Shown here piece by piece: positions 37,229-49,475 of a DNA stretch of 64,000 nt. The DNA comes from Negaprion brevirostris (lineage: Eukaryota): contig JARDVH010000124.1 in NCBI GenBank assembly GCA_030324005.1, forward strand, positions 22,844,085 through 22,908,084, read 5' to 3'. Position numbers and translations under genes: made by a program. The notes below the pieces were generated by a model. That model made no database searches. It had not been told where the DNA came from and worked only from the letters and a program-made list of their open reading frames with translations. Every line of letters starts with the position of its first letter. Position 1 is the stretch's first letter.

Positions 37229-39289
37229 AATTTTTATATCTTACATTTATATTTTATATTGTAAAATGTTATACTTTACCTTAGAATTATATGAATACAC
37301 TATTATCAGTAACCTGTTACTTAAGGGTACTGAACTAGAAGATTGTGAAATGGATTTTCCTCCATTGGCTATTCATTTTTTGCATACATAAAACATCCAA
37401 CGATCCAAAAGCAGTCATTTGAGGTCCACTTCAGTTGTACCAGTAGACTTCTCTGTTCAGTATAAACTGGATCTCAGAACCAGTGGGCTTTCCCATAGTT
37501 TCTCTCTCTCTCTCTCTCTCTTCCACACACACACACTCCCCCCCGGGGGGTTGTTGCTTTGCATCGAGGAAGAGAAGACGTGGTTCAGGAACGTCCGCTA
37601 CAGCGACGCCAGCCACGTCCAACTGCTGTTCTCCTCTTCCATGCTTCGCTGTCTTTAGATGTAGGTGGGTTACAGAGGGTTATATGTCTTATACCTATCA
37701 GTAGCTGAACTGTTCCAGCTGCTATTTAACTGCAAGACAAATAGCGGCGATCTTCAGCTAACCAAGGTCCAAAGCCATTGCTAAATGAAGCTTGCCAACA
37801 TGACTTCTTTTTGATGACAAGTTCAACTTAATAACTGGTTGACATGGAACTTACCTTCGCAACTATCAAGTCTCCTATTTGGAGATCCATGTGCTTCTCA
37901 TTGTACAAGTATTCCTCTACTGGGTTCAAATTCTGACAACATTTCTTCTGATAGAAGCCACACTTTACCTCTTGATGTCAACTCTTGGGTGTCCTTATAA
38001 CCGTAGGTTCCTGTGTCCCTCACAGGTAGTATGCTCTGAGGTGGGTGCTTGTTGATCAGGTAAAGGGTGGAGAGATTCAGGTGAAATAGTGAGGCTATTT
38101 GCTCATGTATGGAATGCAACTCAAGTTGTAGGCAATATTCTTTAACGATAAGGTGGCAGTCTCTGCCAATCCAGTCTCCCATCAGCTCAGGTTAAACCTT
38201 TCACGGGACTCCTTCAGGGATCAAACACTGGTACCTCCTCTGGCACTAAGTACCACTTAAAGCCATCATGAAGAGAGAGTTACAGCCCAAATTCTCGCCC
38301 CTACTGCCATCTTCATGGACCAAGCATGGCTGGTGGAACCAAAATAATCAAAAACTGACATGACCCTGGCACAGAAAGCATATTGTTTCAGAATACCTTG
38401 GACTCATTACAGAATGCACTTCATGAACAATCTGAAACAGGTCAAATAAGAAGTCTTTTGCCACTAACCCATTGTGGATGGATGAGTTATTAGCATGCAA
38501 GACAAGATACATGCAGCATCCAACACCTGTTAAAGTACAAAGTGGTTTACTGCATTTAGAACTATATTCAAATTTTTAAAAATCGTTGACTACGTTTTTC
38601 CAGAATAGAGTTTTGTGTTGGCAGCATGTATTGGTGTTGAAACTCAGAATTCCCATAGGATTTTGCGCCTTTTATCGTGTTACCTAAATGTGTTACACAT
38701 TTCCACTTGCACCTAAACGTATTATATCTGAGTGAGCCAAGAATTATCTTCAAAAAGAATACTTAGATGCCAATGATGTTCAAAATATTAATTTTAGAAT
38801 TAGAATTTAAAACTCATTGTTTCATGTTAAATTAACAGCAAAGGAAAAGTACAAAGAGTTATTCATATTCTGTGTTCATACAAAGGCATAATCAAGTGCT
38901 GTGTCCATTCAGACTAACCCAAAACTTGCCAGCCTTGGACTTCCAATCACTAGCAAGTGTACATGGATATTTAATGACTAGGTCAGTAGAATAATAGTGG
39001 TCTTATTCTTTCACAAGGCTTGGGCCTTGCTGGCTACGCAAGCAGTTTTATTGCATATCCCTAATTGTTCTGAGAAGGCAGGGTGAAGGTGGTGCTTTTT
39101 TGAATCATTGCAGTCAATGTGGTGGAGGCACACCCAAGGAACACTGCAGCAAGGAGAATCGAGAAGCTGGTCGCAGCAATGACACACCCTTGTTTGACCC
39201 AGCCTGAATATTAATTGGGTCTGTGATAGATCCATTAGTCAGGATCTCACCCTCAGCAAGTTCCCCGCTAGAGTGGTGCTAAACAACAG

Positions 39290-40530
39290 ACAAGTGGGAA
39301 TCTGTTCAACCTCCACTACCTGCAGACCAGATCCAATATTGCCCTATCCTCTGTCACTGAACTACAATATGCGAATGATGCATGCATCTACACACACTCA
39401 GTAGCCAAGCTCCAAGCCAACATCTTCATTGAAGCACGAGACCACAGGCCTTTGGCTAAACATCTGTAAGATAATGGTCCCTCTACCACCCTGCCCCAGC
39501 CACAGAGCACAGCACCCTGGTTATCAAGATCCATGACAAGGCCTTGGACAACATGAACAATCTTCCATACCTTGGGAGCCTACTGTCAACAAGAACGAAC
39601 AACATTGCTTTCAGTGCACCAGCGCAGCCTACGTGTCACCTGAGGAAGGGAGAATATGAAGACCAGGACCTCAGACATGGCACCAAGCTTATGATCTACA
39701 AACTCCGATCCGGACGCAACTCGCTTTGCGCTAGATGTGGCCCATGGGCCATAGTTTGGAGACCCCTGATCTACAGAGTAGTAGTGATGCCCACCCTCCT
39801 ATATGGCTCAGAAACATGCACTATATACAGCTGCACCTCACCACTAGCACTACCTCTGCAAGATCCTGCAAATCCATTGGCAGGATTGGTGCACCAACAT
39901 CAGCATTCTTACTCATGCAATCATCCCCAGAATTGAAGCTTTGACCATGCCCGATTAGTTCCTCTGAGTTGACCACATCACCTGCATGTGGTCTGATCGC
40001 AGACCCAGAAAACATATGCTCTACTCGAAGCTTTGACGTGACAAGCAAACTACAGGAGGGCACAGCACATGCTTCAAGGACACTTTCAAAGCCTCTTTGA
40101 AAAGATGCAACTTCCCCATTGAATCCCTGGCCCAAGACTGAAAATGGAGAAAAAGTACCTGGGAAGGAGCTGAACATCAAGTCTCTTCACCACCAAGACC
40201 AAGCATCAACAACAAAAGGAGCACATGNNNNNNNNNNATAATCTGGCCTTGTACTAGTGTGAGAATGCCATATTATCTGGGTTTTTCTGAAAATGGCAGA
40301 TACTTCACAGGTGAAGATCATGGGAAAGCTTGTCTCCATGGTAACTGGCATGATCCTTGGTGAAGTAGACATGTATCCCTCTGCTTCCTTCAACAACAAA
40401 AGGAGCACATGGGAACCCACCTACCCGCTCCTCCAACCACTGTCAATCCCACCTGTGACAGACACTATAGGTTACACGTTGGACTCCTCAGTCACCTGAG
40501 AACTCATTTTTAGTGCTGAAACAAGTCATC
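39290..40530 (+). mobile_element. Degenerate RTE-clade LINE (RT C-terminal part and 3' end) with two internal insertions
   Basis: Peptide remnants LPYLGSLLS, TKLMIY...YRVVVMPTLLYGSET typical of RTE ORFs. Confidence 0.8.
39701..39768. mobile_element. hAT/Charlie-type MITE remnant nested in the RTE
   Basis: Right end tggcccatgggccatagtttggagacccctg (TIR CAGGGGTCTCCAAAC). Flanked by atctaca (39694-39700) and atctacag (39769-39776), consistent with an 8-bp TSD. Left TIR mostly deleted. Confidence 0.7.
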
Positions 40531-42224
40531 CTCTGCCCTAAGGAGGTATCCTTGCCCATGTGCATTCTGATACCACGAGACTAAATGGGATCCAGAGTTG
40601 ATGTAAAGAACTCCTGGCTGCATACTCACTGTGTTATCCAATTAGGGGGGACAGGTATGGTGATAGTGGTGTCACATGGTTCCGAGAGCATGTCTATGTC
40701 AACCTGTTTTTCTGTGAGACAGCTCTCCCAACTTTTATGCAAGTCTCCAGATGTTAGACTATGCAGGGTTGACAGAGCCGGGTTTGCCATTATCATTTCT
40801 AGTGCTTAGGTCAATGACAAGTGGTCCTTCCAGTTTCAATCCTCTTTGCAACTTTGTAGCTAACTGAGTGGTTTGCTGGGCCACACCAGATTTCTCCCCT
40901 AAAGAACATGACTGAACCACATGGGTTTTTATGACAGTCAAGTGTGGTCACTATCACTAAGAGTAACTTCTTAGTTGCAAATGTATTCACTGAATTTAAA
41001 TTTCACTACCTGCCATTGAGAGACAACTGGGTAGCTAGAGAAAGATCAATATGTGTCAAAAGCAACGAGAACCCAGGAGATGACAGATAGCAGATGACTG
41101 AAATTGACTTTAAAAATACATGTTCACACTTCTTTATATTTCTATAAACTAACAAATCAACTAGATGACTTCATCCAAGGCTGGACCTACAGAATTTTCC
41201 CAAATCCTAGTGTATCACGTTCAATAGCTTCCTCCTCCAATAGACTCAAAATATCACTTAAGTGGAGACGAAGGGTCCATGTTTTTTGTGCCAGGGTTAC
41301 CTTTGCAAACTGCAAATGTTGGCAATGCTGATGGACTAATTATAACCCGAAAATTTGCTAACCCAAAATAGTTTTTATAAATAACTTCTCCATTCTAAAC
41401 ATGAAAACTGCAAGAGCTCATGCAACTAGTTTACATTAAAACTGAGAATAAGTGCGAGATTCCAATGNNNNNNNNNNAGCATCATGTTATGTGGCTCATT
41501 AACTAAAACATCTCTAACTTAACAAAACATATAGCAATGTCCCTTGCAGTCACCAGACATTGAAAATAATTTCCATTTCTTAATCATTTTCACACAATCC
41601 CTTCCCCAAATGAGGCCCAAAACTCTCCAATAAGGTTAAATTTCATCTAACTACCAAATAATTAAATCACCTTATAATTCCAAAGCTAGGTTTTCAACTG
41701 AAGCAGCAACAGGAGTANNNNNNNNNNNNNNNNNNNNNNNNNNNNNNNNNNNNNNNNNNNNNNNNNNNNNNNNNNNNNNNNNNNNNNNNNNNNNNNNNNN
41801 NNNNNNNNNNNNNNNNNTTTTCAACTGAAGCAGCAACAGGAGTAGAAACAGCATTCAAGATCAGGCTCTCATATAATCAGCACTAATATATTAAACGTGA
41901 AAAAGGTTGTTACAATCTTGGAAACACTGGGTAAAGATTCAACAAGTTTGTCTCAATCCAATATCCCAACTTAACATTTACCAAGATGGAAACCACTCCC
42001 CTCTGCTGCTTCAGCTGGAGGGGGAAAGCAGCTTAGGGCAACTCCTTTACTCCGTCTTTGAAGAAAATAGCCTCTGGTTCATTTTCCCTCTCAAGTGAGT
42101 GGGTGCAAAGTCAAGCAGTGCCACCCATCCTTCTCTCCTCTCCTCACCCTCACCCCCTCCCCCTGCATAGGTCATCCAACATAGCCATTCCTAATGCTGC
42201 ACTTGGGTCTCAGCTTCCTGCATG

Positions 42225-43700
42225 TTTGATCTGATTTTGATTTATTATTGTCACATGTATTAACATGGTGAAAAGTTTCTTGCGTGCTATACAAACAAAA
42301 CATACCATTAAGAGAGAAGGAAACAAGAGTGTGCAGAAAGAGTGTTAGTCAGTCATAGCTAGGGTGCAGAGAAAGATCACCTTAATGCAAGGTAAATCCA
42401 TTCAAAGGTCTGACGGCAGCAGGGAAGCTGTTCTTGAGTTGGTTGGTACGTGACCTGAGACGTGTGTATCTTTTTCCCAAAGAAAGAAGGTGGAAAGAGA
42501 ATGTCCAGGATGCGCAGGGTCCTTAATTATGCTGGCTGCTTTGCTGAGGCAGTGGGAAGTGTAGACAGAGTATTTGGATGGGAGGCTGGTTTGCATGATG
42601 GATTGGGCTACATTCACGACCTTTTGTAGTTTCTTGTGGTCCTGGGCAGAGCAAGAGCCATACCGAGCTGTGATACAACCAGAAAGAATGCTTTCTATGG
42701 TACAACTGTGAAAGTTGGTGAGAGTCGTAGCTGACATGCCAAAGTTCCTTCCTATTCTGAGAAGGTAGAGGCGTTGGTGGGCTTTCTGAACTGCAGTGTC
42801 AGCATGGGAGGGGGAGGAGGACGAGGACGGAGACCAGGACAGATTGTTGGTGACCTGGACACCTAAAAGCTTATAGCTCTCGACACTTTCTACTTCGTCC
42901 CAGTTGATGTAGACAAGGGCACATTTTCCTTTATGCTTCCTGAAGTTGATGACAATCTTCTTCATTTTGCTGACATTGAGGGAGAGATTATTGTTGCTGC
43001 ACCAGTTCACCAGATTCTCCCTCTCATTCCTGCACTCTGTCTTATCATTGTTTGAGATCTGGCCCATTACGGTGATGTCATCAGCAAACTTGAAAATCAA
43101 ACTGAAGGGGAATTTGGCCACACAGTCATAGATGTATAAAGAGTATTAGTAGGGGGCTGAGAACACAGCCTTATGGGGCATTGTTGTTGGGGATGATCGT
43201 GAAGGAGGCGCTATTGCCTATTACGATTGCAGTCTGTGGGTTAGGAAGTTATATAAAATGACATATAAAATATGATGAAGTCATCAGATAGATGACTTCA
43301 GCTAAGACTGGACCTACAGAATTTTCCCAAATTCTAATGTGTCATGTTCAACAGAATACTCCACCAAGAGACTCAAAATATCACTTAAGTGGAGCTGAAG
43401 GGTCCATCACAGAGGAAGGTACCCACCCCCAGCCAACAGAGTTTGGAGATGAGTTTCATGGGAATAATAGTGTTGAAGACTGAGCTGTAGTCAATAAATA
43501 GGAGTCTGACATAGATGTCCTTGTTACCTAGGTGTTCCAGAGTTGGGTGTAGGGCAAGGGAAATTGCGTCTGCTGTGAACCTGTTGTGGCAGTAGGCAAA
43601 GTGTAGCAGACCCAGGTAGTCCGGGAGGCTGGAATTGATTTGTGCCATGACTCACCTTGCGAAGCACTTCATAACGATGGATGTCAGAGCCACCGGCCAA
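42225..43700 (-). mobile_element. Rex1/Babar-clade LINE, 5'-truncated RT region with 3' tail, interrupted at 43251-43408
   Basis: ORF remnants VRLLFIDYSSVFNTIIP, KFADDITVMG, LSLNVSKMK, KAHQRLYLLR, IESILSGCITARYG. AATAAA plus TCAAA-like tail at about 42225-42250. Confidence 0.88.
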
Positions 43701-44984
43701 TGTAACAGCATAAGAGATTGATTAGCGAGCTCATAAACGTTAGCACTTCAATTAACTTCTACAGGGGAGTGTCATCGGGGTGACGAGCTATGCAGGACGG
43801 TTTGATCCCTTGTTTGTGCTAAGTTAGCTGCCTGGGCTGCACGTTCCTTTGTCTAGGATGGTTGGTTGGTTGGTTGGTTGGTTCAGCTCCCAACTGCTGC
43901 CAATGACCACTACTGCGGGCGAAGGCAGGCTGAAATTCAACTGAATTACCTCCTGTATTGAATAGTCGCCTAAGGTCGCGAACAGCATGCCAAGAACTGC
44001 CAATTACCTGTCAGTACGCCAAAGGAATCACAGCCCAGTACAAGTGGCCGTCTTCAAGAAAGAAGGACAAGTGGAAGTGGGAGAAGCTGAAGAAAAATAT
44101 TAACTTTACAGCTGCTGCTGCCTCAGCGTGCGTTTTAAAGCCCACCTGTACAATATTTATTTAACACCACAGCAATGATACATATACAACCGGCAGGAGC
44201 ATCCTAACAGGAAATCTTTTAAACCTACCTTTTTATTTTTAAAATGTACAAAACATTGCAGTTTCTTTTGCAACCCACTGCTAAATATTCCCAGAAGCTC
44301 TGCATCCACTTTATAAAACAGCAGGCTTAGGTTATTTAACTTCAAACCTGTGTTTTCTTTATTGCTCAGTAGTATTCACAAGTTCCAGGATGGTGCTTCT
44401 GTTAACAGCAAGATTTTTTCTCAGTTCTAAAATTGTCTCTTGTGTTTACCCTGCTAAATATTCTCATACAGCAGTTGAAAAATCCATTAAAACCTTTGTG
44501 CAACGACAATTTGCATGAGAATCTACCACTCATGTTGTATGAAAATAAGCCCACAAACTAAGTACGTTTTGCTTCTGAAATCCATACTCTCTAGGTCTCA
44601 GTGTCAATTAACAAGCACTTAGGCCAGAATACAATGTTTGCATTAAAAAAAATTGTAATTACTTCCAGAGAGGAAGAGGTTTTCACTGTGCACAGACATC
44701 TCTAAGCAGATTTCTTAAGTATTTGTTAGCTTGTGCCAATTATGGGCTAGAAACAGCAGTGTGGATCTACAGTAATTCTAGCCTGCTCCTCTACCAACAA
44801 TTACGAATCAACTAAAAGCAGTTTAACTTTAGGAAGCTACCTTCAATCACCAAAATGCCACTTTCAAATCAGAGCCCCACTTCTTTGGGAGCTTCTGGAT
44901 TAACTGTGCCACTAACCACGTGCAAGTAAAACATTAACAGTACCGGTGGGCCTGATGGTAAATACAAAGAAAGTGCATCAATGT

Positions 44985-45420
44985 TAGCTGTGACTCAGTG
45001 GGTAATAATTTCACCTGGAGTCAGAAAGTTGCAGATTGCAGAGAGTCAAGTTAAAAGTCTAGGCTAACTCTTCAATACAGATAGTATCACAGGAGTGCCC
45101 CACAGCCTGAGGTGCCATCATTCAACTGAGCTGTCAAACCAAGGCTCCATCATGCCTCACAATGGAGATAAAACAGGTAATTTCACTAGTTACAGAAAAT
45201 GGGTGGTTGAGTTTTCCCCAGTGCCCTGGCCAAAACACCCACACATTGTTCTTGGTGTGCAAATTGGACTGATATTAACATGGGAGCTTGCTGTGCATAA
45301 AATGGTTTCCATATTTGCCTACATACAGCTATCACCTTTCAAAGTAATGCAATGGTTGGGAAGAGCTTTGAGCTTTCTAGAACATGTTAGACATGCTATA
45401 AAGCTGCAAGTTTCCCTCCT
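44985..45420 (+). mobile_element. Old DeuSINE/SacSINE-like copy
   Basis: agctgtgactcagtgggta head; gagttttccccagtgccctggcc; tgggagcttgctgtgcataaaatgg; gctataaagctgcaagt tail. Confidence 0.6.
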
Positions 45421-45944
45421 GCTTCACAGCAGCATTAATTCAAGAGGAACTACATACTTTGGTTTGTAGGAAGTTTGTTATTGCTGCATTATTTTCAGGA
45501 AAGATTTGGTGAAGTAGCATTTCCACCTTTTCATACATATGAAACTCTTCTCTTTGCCACAGTCATTCACACCAGCTAGTAAAGTGTGCTGAACAACTCC
45601 AGATTCAAAAGTATACATAGCCAGTCTTAAAGATTATTATTTTTGGGCTATCAAATATTTCAACGGTTTAAAGGGGAAAAAAAGCCTATACATCAAAAAA
45701 TCTCATACATGACAAGAAATCCAATTCTCAAAGAACAACTCATACCACCCTCAAATAAAAAGAAACACAGGCAGCATATGCAACACCACAACCTGAAAGC
45801 ATTATCACATAGCTCCAGGTTTGCATGGTACTGAATTACTAATCTTAGCTGTGCTGTTACAGACAAGCACAAAGCAAATGTGAAGTATTTCCCCTCGAAG
45901 GAGGGGGAGGGTAACTGACTTGACAACAATGGTAAAGGCAAAAT

Positions 45945-46240
45945 ACAGTAAAAAGTCTGACGACACCAGGTTTTGGTCCAACCGATTTATTTGATAATAA
46001 ACTCACAAGCTTTCGAGGGGACANNNNNNNNNNNNNNNNNNNNNNNNNNNNNNNNNNNNNNNNNNNNNNNNNNNNNNNNNNNNNNNNNNNNNNNNNNNNN
46101 NNNNNNNNNNNNNNNNNNNNNNNGATGCTGGAATCTGAAACAAAAAGCAGAAAATGCTGGAAAACCTCAGCAGGTCTGACAGCATCTGTGGAGAGAGAAT
46201 GCAGCCAATATTTCAAGTCGGGATGACCCTTCATCAGAGC
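45945..46240 (-). mobile_element. Two Penelope-like/retrozyme-like terminal fragments flanking a 100-N gap
   Basis: Minus strand CTGATGA-agggtcatcccgactt-GAAA (46237-46211), then cagatgctgtcagacctgctgag. Second family ...cGAAAgcttgtg...aaataaatcggttggacc..aacctggtgtcgtcagac at 46023-45945. Confidence 0.7.
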
Positions 46241-46504
46241 AACAATGTCGTCTCTCGCACCTTCTAGTAACTAGCTGAAGAGCAAAACCTAGTTTGTTCA
46301 CTATTTTCTTGGCTTCGGGTTGTGGCTCCAGGCACCCCAAAGTGGAAGGGGAAGGAACCAAGATTAAAATTTAGCACAGCTTTCCAAAACAGTTTGAAAA
46401 CACAATGACTGCAAAGTATTTACAGTAGAAACAAAAACTGTTTTCTTCTTTCTCAAACGGAAGGTAGCAACTATTCATGATTTCTTAATGCTTTGAATCA
46501 AACT

Positions 46505-46940
46505 TTCAAAGAGCTTTCAAAACAACAATGTATATTTACGATGTACTACATTAAAGCTGCAACATACCAAGGCGTTTCACAAGAAACTCAGCTGAAAAGA
46601 AAGGTTCTAAGGGGAATGCCTTAAAGAAGGTAGAAAGGCAAATAGGTATATGGACAGCATTCCAGAATTGAGGCTTGCCAATTCAAGGCCCAACCACCAA
46701 GTGTTAAAATTGGTAATGCTCAAGAGGTGACAAATAGAGCACAACCATTTTGGAGGGCTGTGGAGCTGGAGAAGACAGAGACAGGGAGGGATGAAGCCGT
46801 GAAGGAGCTTGGAAACAAAAATCAGGGCACTGCTTCACCGGGAAGCAAAGTAAGTCAACGGGCAGAGGGATGATAGGTGAATAGGGCCTGGACAAGTTTA
46901 AACATGACCACCAGAGTTTTGGATGACTTCAGGTTTATGG
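46505..46940 (-). mobile_element. L2-clade LINE 3' fragment
   Basis: Minus strand HKPEVIQNS-like remnant at about 46940-46915, and an L2-like tail (caaggcgtttcaca, tatatttac) near 46530-46580. Confidence 0.55.
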
Positions 46941-47099
46941 CGATCACGTTTTCTTAATCTTAACATAAAAGCTGGGCGTATTAATCTTGAAGGGACAGAT
47001 TGTGTCCTATTTGAGGCCTGAACCCTGAACCCTGAACCCTGGCCAGTAATCATGCACTTTCATAATTTCAGTCGTAGTTGTTTCAAGGAGGCTGGAAAA

Positions 47100-47575
47100 C
47101 GTCTGAAAGCTATCTGAATGCAGGTTGCCCTGCTTTATCCTGCTACCCTGAGGGTGACATCTGATGGATTCTTAAGGCTGCTCAACAACCTTACTAAGGC
47201 TTTGGCTTCTTACCATGGATGTCAATTTGGAATCGTAATCTGTAGTTCATTGGTAATCTTGGACATTAACCCTTGTCATTACACTCCTTCTTTGTTTTGT
47301 GACATTACTTATCATGTTGACAGGGGCAATCAAGTATCTGAGCACTGGGGCAAATTTTGCTCACTGTTTTCTGAAAACCAAGACCATCCATTTGTTTATA
47401 ACAGAATGCATCTCTCAACATGTTTCTTTAATTATTCCAAGTTTAAGACACAGATTTCATCTTACTCTATCTTTGTCGTGCCTTTGGGGTGACACATGGT
47501 GATTATCTGCATTGCTTTAGGCTCTGTGCTAAAATTGAATCCTACTGGTTTAATATCCTTAAAGAGCACGAGTGT
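47100..47575 (+). mobile_element. L1/Tx1-type ORF2 C-terminal Cys/His-rich domain remnant
   Basis: CRAFGVTHGDYLHCFRLCAKIESYWFNILKE matches the CxxC..G...H.F..C..I..(F/Y)W pattern. A matching AATAAA plus A-tail is seen at about 48296-48319. Confidence 0.6.
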
Positions 47576-48319
47576 GTTGGAATGGGTTGTATGGCAACAG
47601 GGCTGAGAGATATTTATCCATGTTTTCCTCTTACAAGTCTTGCATTTACTACACCATATCCTTCGGTCTTGTCATGATTAATACAAGTATTTCCACTGTG
47701 GGGTGGTGGGTGAATGGTTTGGGTAGAGATCGCAGGTATGGTCCAACAAGTCCTCACAGCTGGTGAGGAAAACCCCCTTTGAACTATGGTGTTTTGCATT
47801 TTTTTCATGTATTGTTATTTTGGGGTCAAAGAATCACTAACTGGCACATATCCTGGGAAAACACGTTTTGTATCAATGGCACACTGATATAGCTGAATAT
47901 GGGGGGGAATGTGCTTTGGTATGCACCCAAGCGTGGCGCGAGAATCTTTCACTGATCAGCCTTTTCCGTACCCATCTCAATATCCTGTATTCTCCTTAGT
48001 TGAGTACACAGTTGCAGTAGCGACTTTGAAAATCCTGGAGTCTAAATTACGCGGCTCTGTCTCTAGTATCCTGTAAGTGAGGTTGTACACCATACTCGCG
48101 GCCTTATCTTGTTATCCTGTTTTCCCCCAAATCTCTGAAATTTATAATTCGTGTCTTTGGGGGCATTGTTGGTAATGAATAATCTGAAATCAACCGTGTT
48201 GGTGCTCTTTCTGTAATATATACGTGGAAAATTTATGCTGTACTGTACCATTGCTTGAGGATGTGTCACGTTGTTATAAAAATGGGAAAATCTTCAATAA
48301 AAATATATTTTTAAAAAAA

Positions 48320-49060
48320 CCACCTCAGTGGTTGCAGACAGGTCAAGTCAGATGAGAAGACAAACTTTAACTTCACCATAGTCACCTAGGATATCATCCA
48401 TGACTCTGATAAAGAACCACTTCAGAGTTGTGATAGAAACCTGGTGAGAAGAATTTGAACATGGAGTTCAAGGAAAGATGAACAGAGATTTGGGGGACAA
48501 CAATACATTCAAGGACTTTTGCAACAAAAGGGACATTGAAGATGGGGTGGCCGTTCGCAAAGACAGTGGGGTCAAGGGTTGATTTTTTTTTGACAAAAAA
48601 GGTGATGACGTTTAAAGACCAGGAAGTGTGAAATGATATGGCCAGGAGAGAAAGTTAGTGGCAATAAGATCAAAGGAACAGGAATTGGGTCTTGTGGACT
48701 TGATGTGCTCAGAGAGGGCATGAGCAGACCTGGGAAAGAAACAAGACAACGGTGCAAGTTCAAGGCTGGGGAAGTGGGAGACATGGGAGGAATTTTGGTC
48801 AGGTGGGCTGTTCGCAGAGAGTGACATAGCAGACACAACTTAACAGATGACCTTGATCTTCGTGACAACAGTGCACTCCAAGCACTTATTATTGGAGATA
48901 AGATAATGAGAATGAAGATGAGAATGAGAATGAGGATGAGGATGAGGATGAGGTGCTTGAAATGATGGTTGGCAGCAAAAAAGAAAGTAGCCAAGTGCTG
49001 TCTTTATCACCCTATGATGATCCTGGAACTGCGACATGGATATGGAGGAAGGATCCAACA
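48320..49060 (-). mobile_element. L2-clade LINE RT fragment with an internal (GAGAAT/GAGGAT)n microsatellite at about 48900-48952
   Basis: Minus-strand remnant IRVMDDIL...LI*LDLSA resembles L2 RT (ETAL..V..D.L....LLDLSAAF). Confidence 0.6.
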
Positions 49061-49411
49061 GTGCTTTCTGTGGTATAGTCTGGTCTGGCTACTACCATAC
49101 ATGATAAACTAAGTGAGGGTTAACCCTTGAAAAATAATCTGTGTTGTTAAGCACCCATTTCACATAGATGAAACCCTTTCTAAACCTGCTTCTTCAACAG
49201 TCACCAGTACTGAAATGCTTTTGCCTATTCCTTTTCTTTCATCGCTCCTTGTTTGCATTGGCCAAGCAGTGGCTGTGAAATGACTGCGACGCAAACCGCA
49301 ATGCATTATCAAATGTGCATCTCTAACTCTTGCAAACGAAACCCTAACTGTAAATTAACACAATTCAACACAATGTTTCATCCACAATCCCCATCATGTG
49401 TTTTGCTTTTT

Positions 49412-49475
49412 GGTGGTGGTGGCGGTGGTGGTGGTGGCGGTGGCGGTGGTGGTGGGCAGTGAGTGAGTGAGTGAG
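49412..49475. repeat. (GGT/GGC)n then (GAGT)n microsatellite
   Basis: Seen directly. Confidence 0.9.

Noticed and set aside
42402-43121. 239-aa ORF as a host gene
   Set aside because: Rex1 RT remnant with broken upstream frames. Likewise 62364-62786 is CR1.
49253-49462. ORF ending in poly-Gly, and the ILILIL/HPHP ORFs at 48572-49058
   Set aside because: Microsatellite translations.
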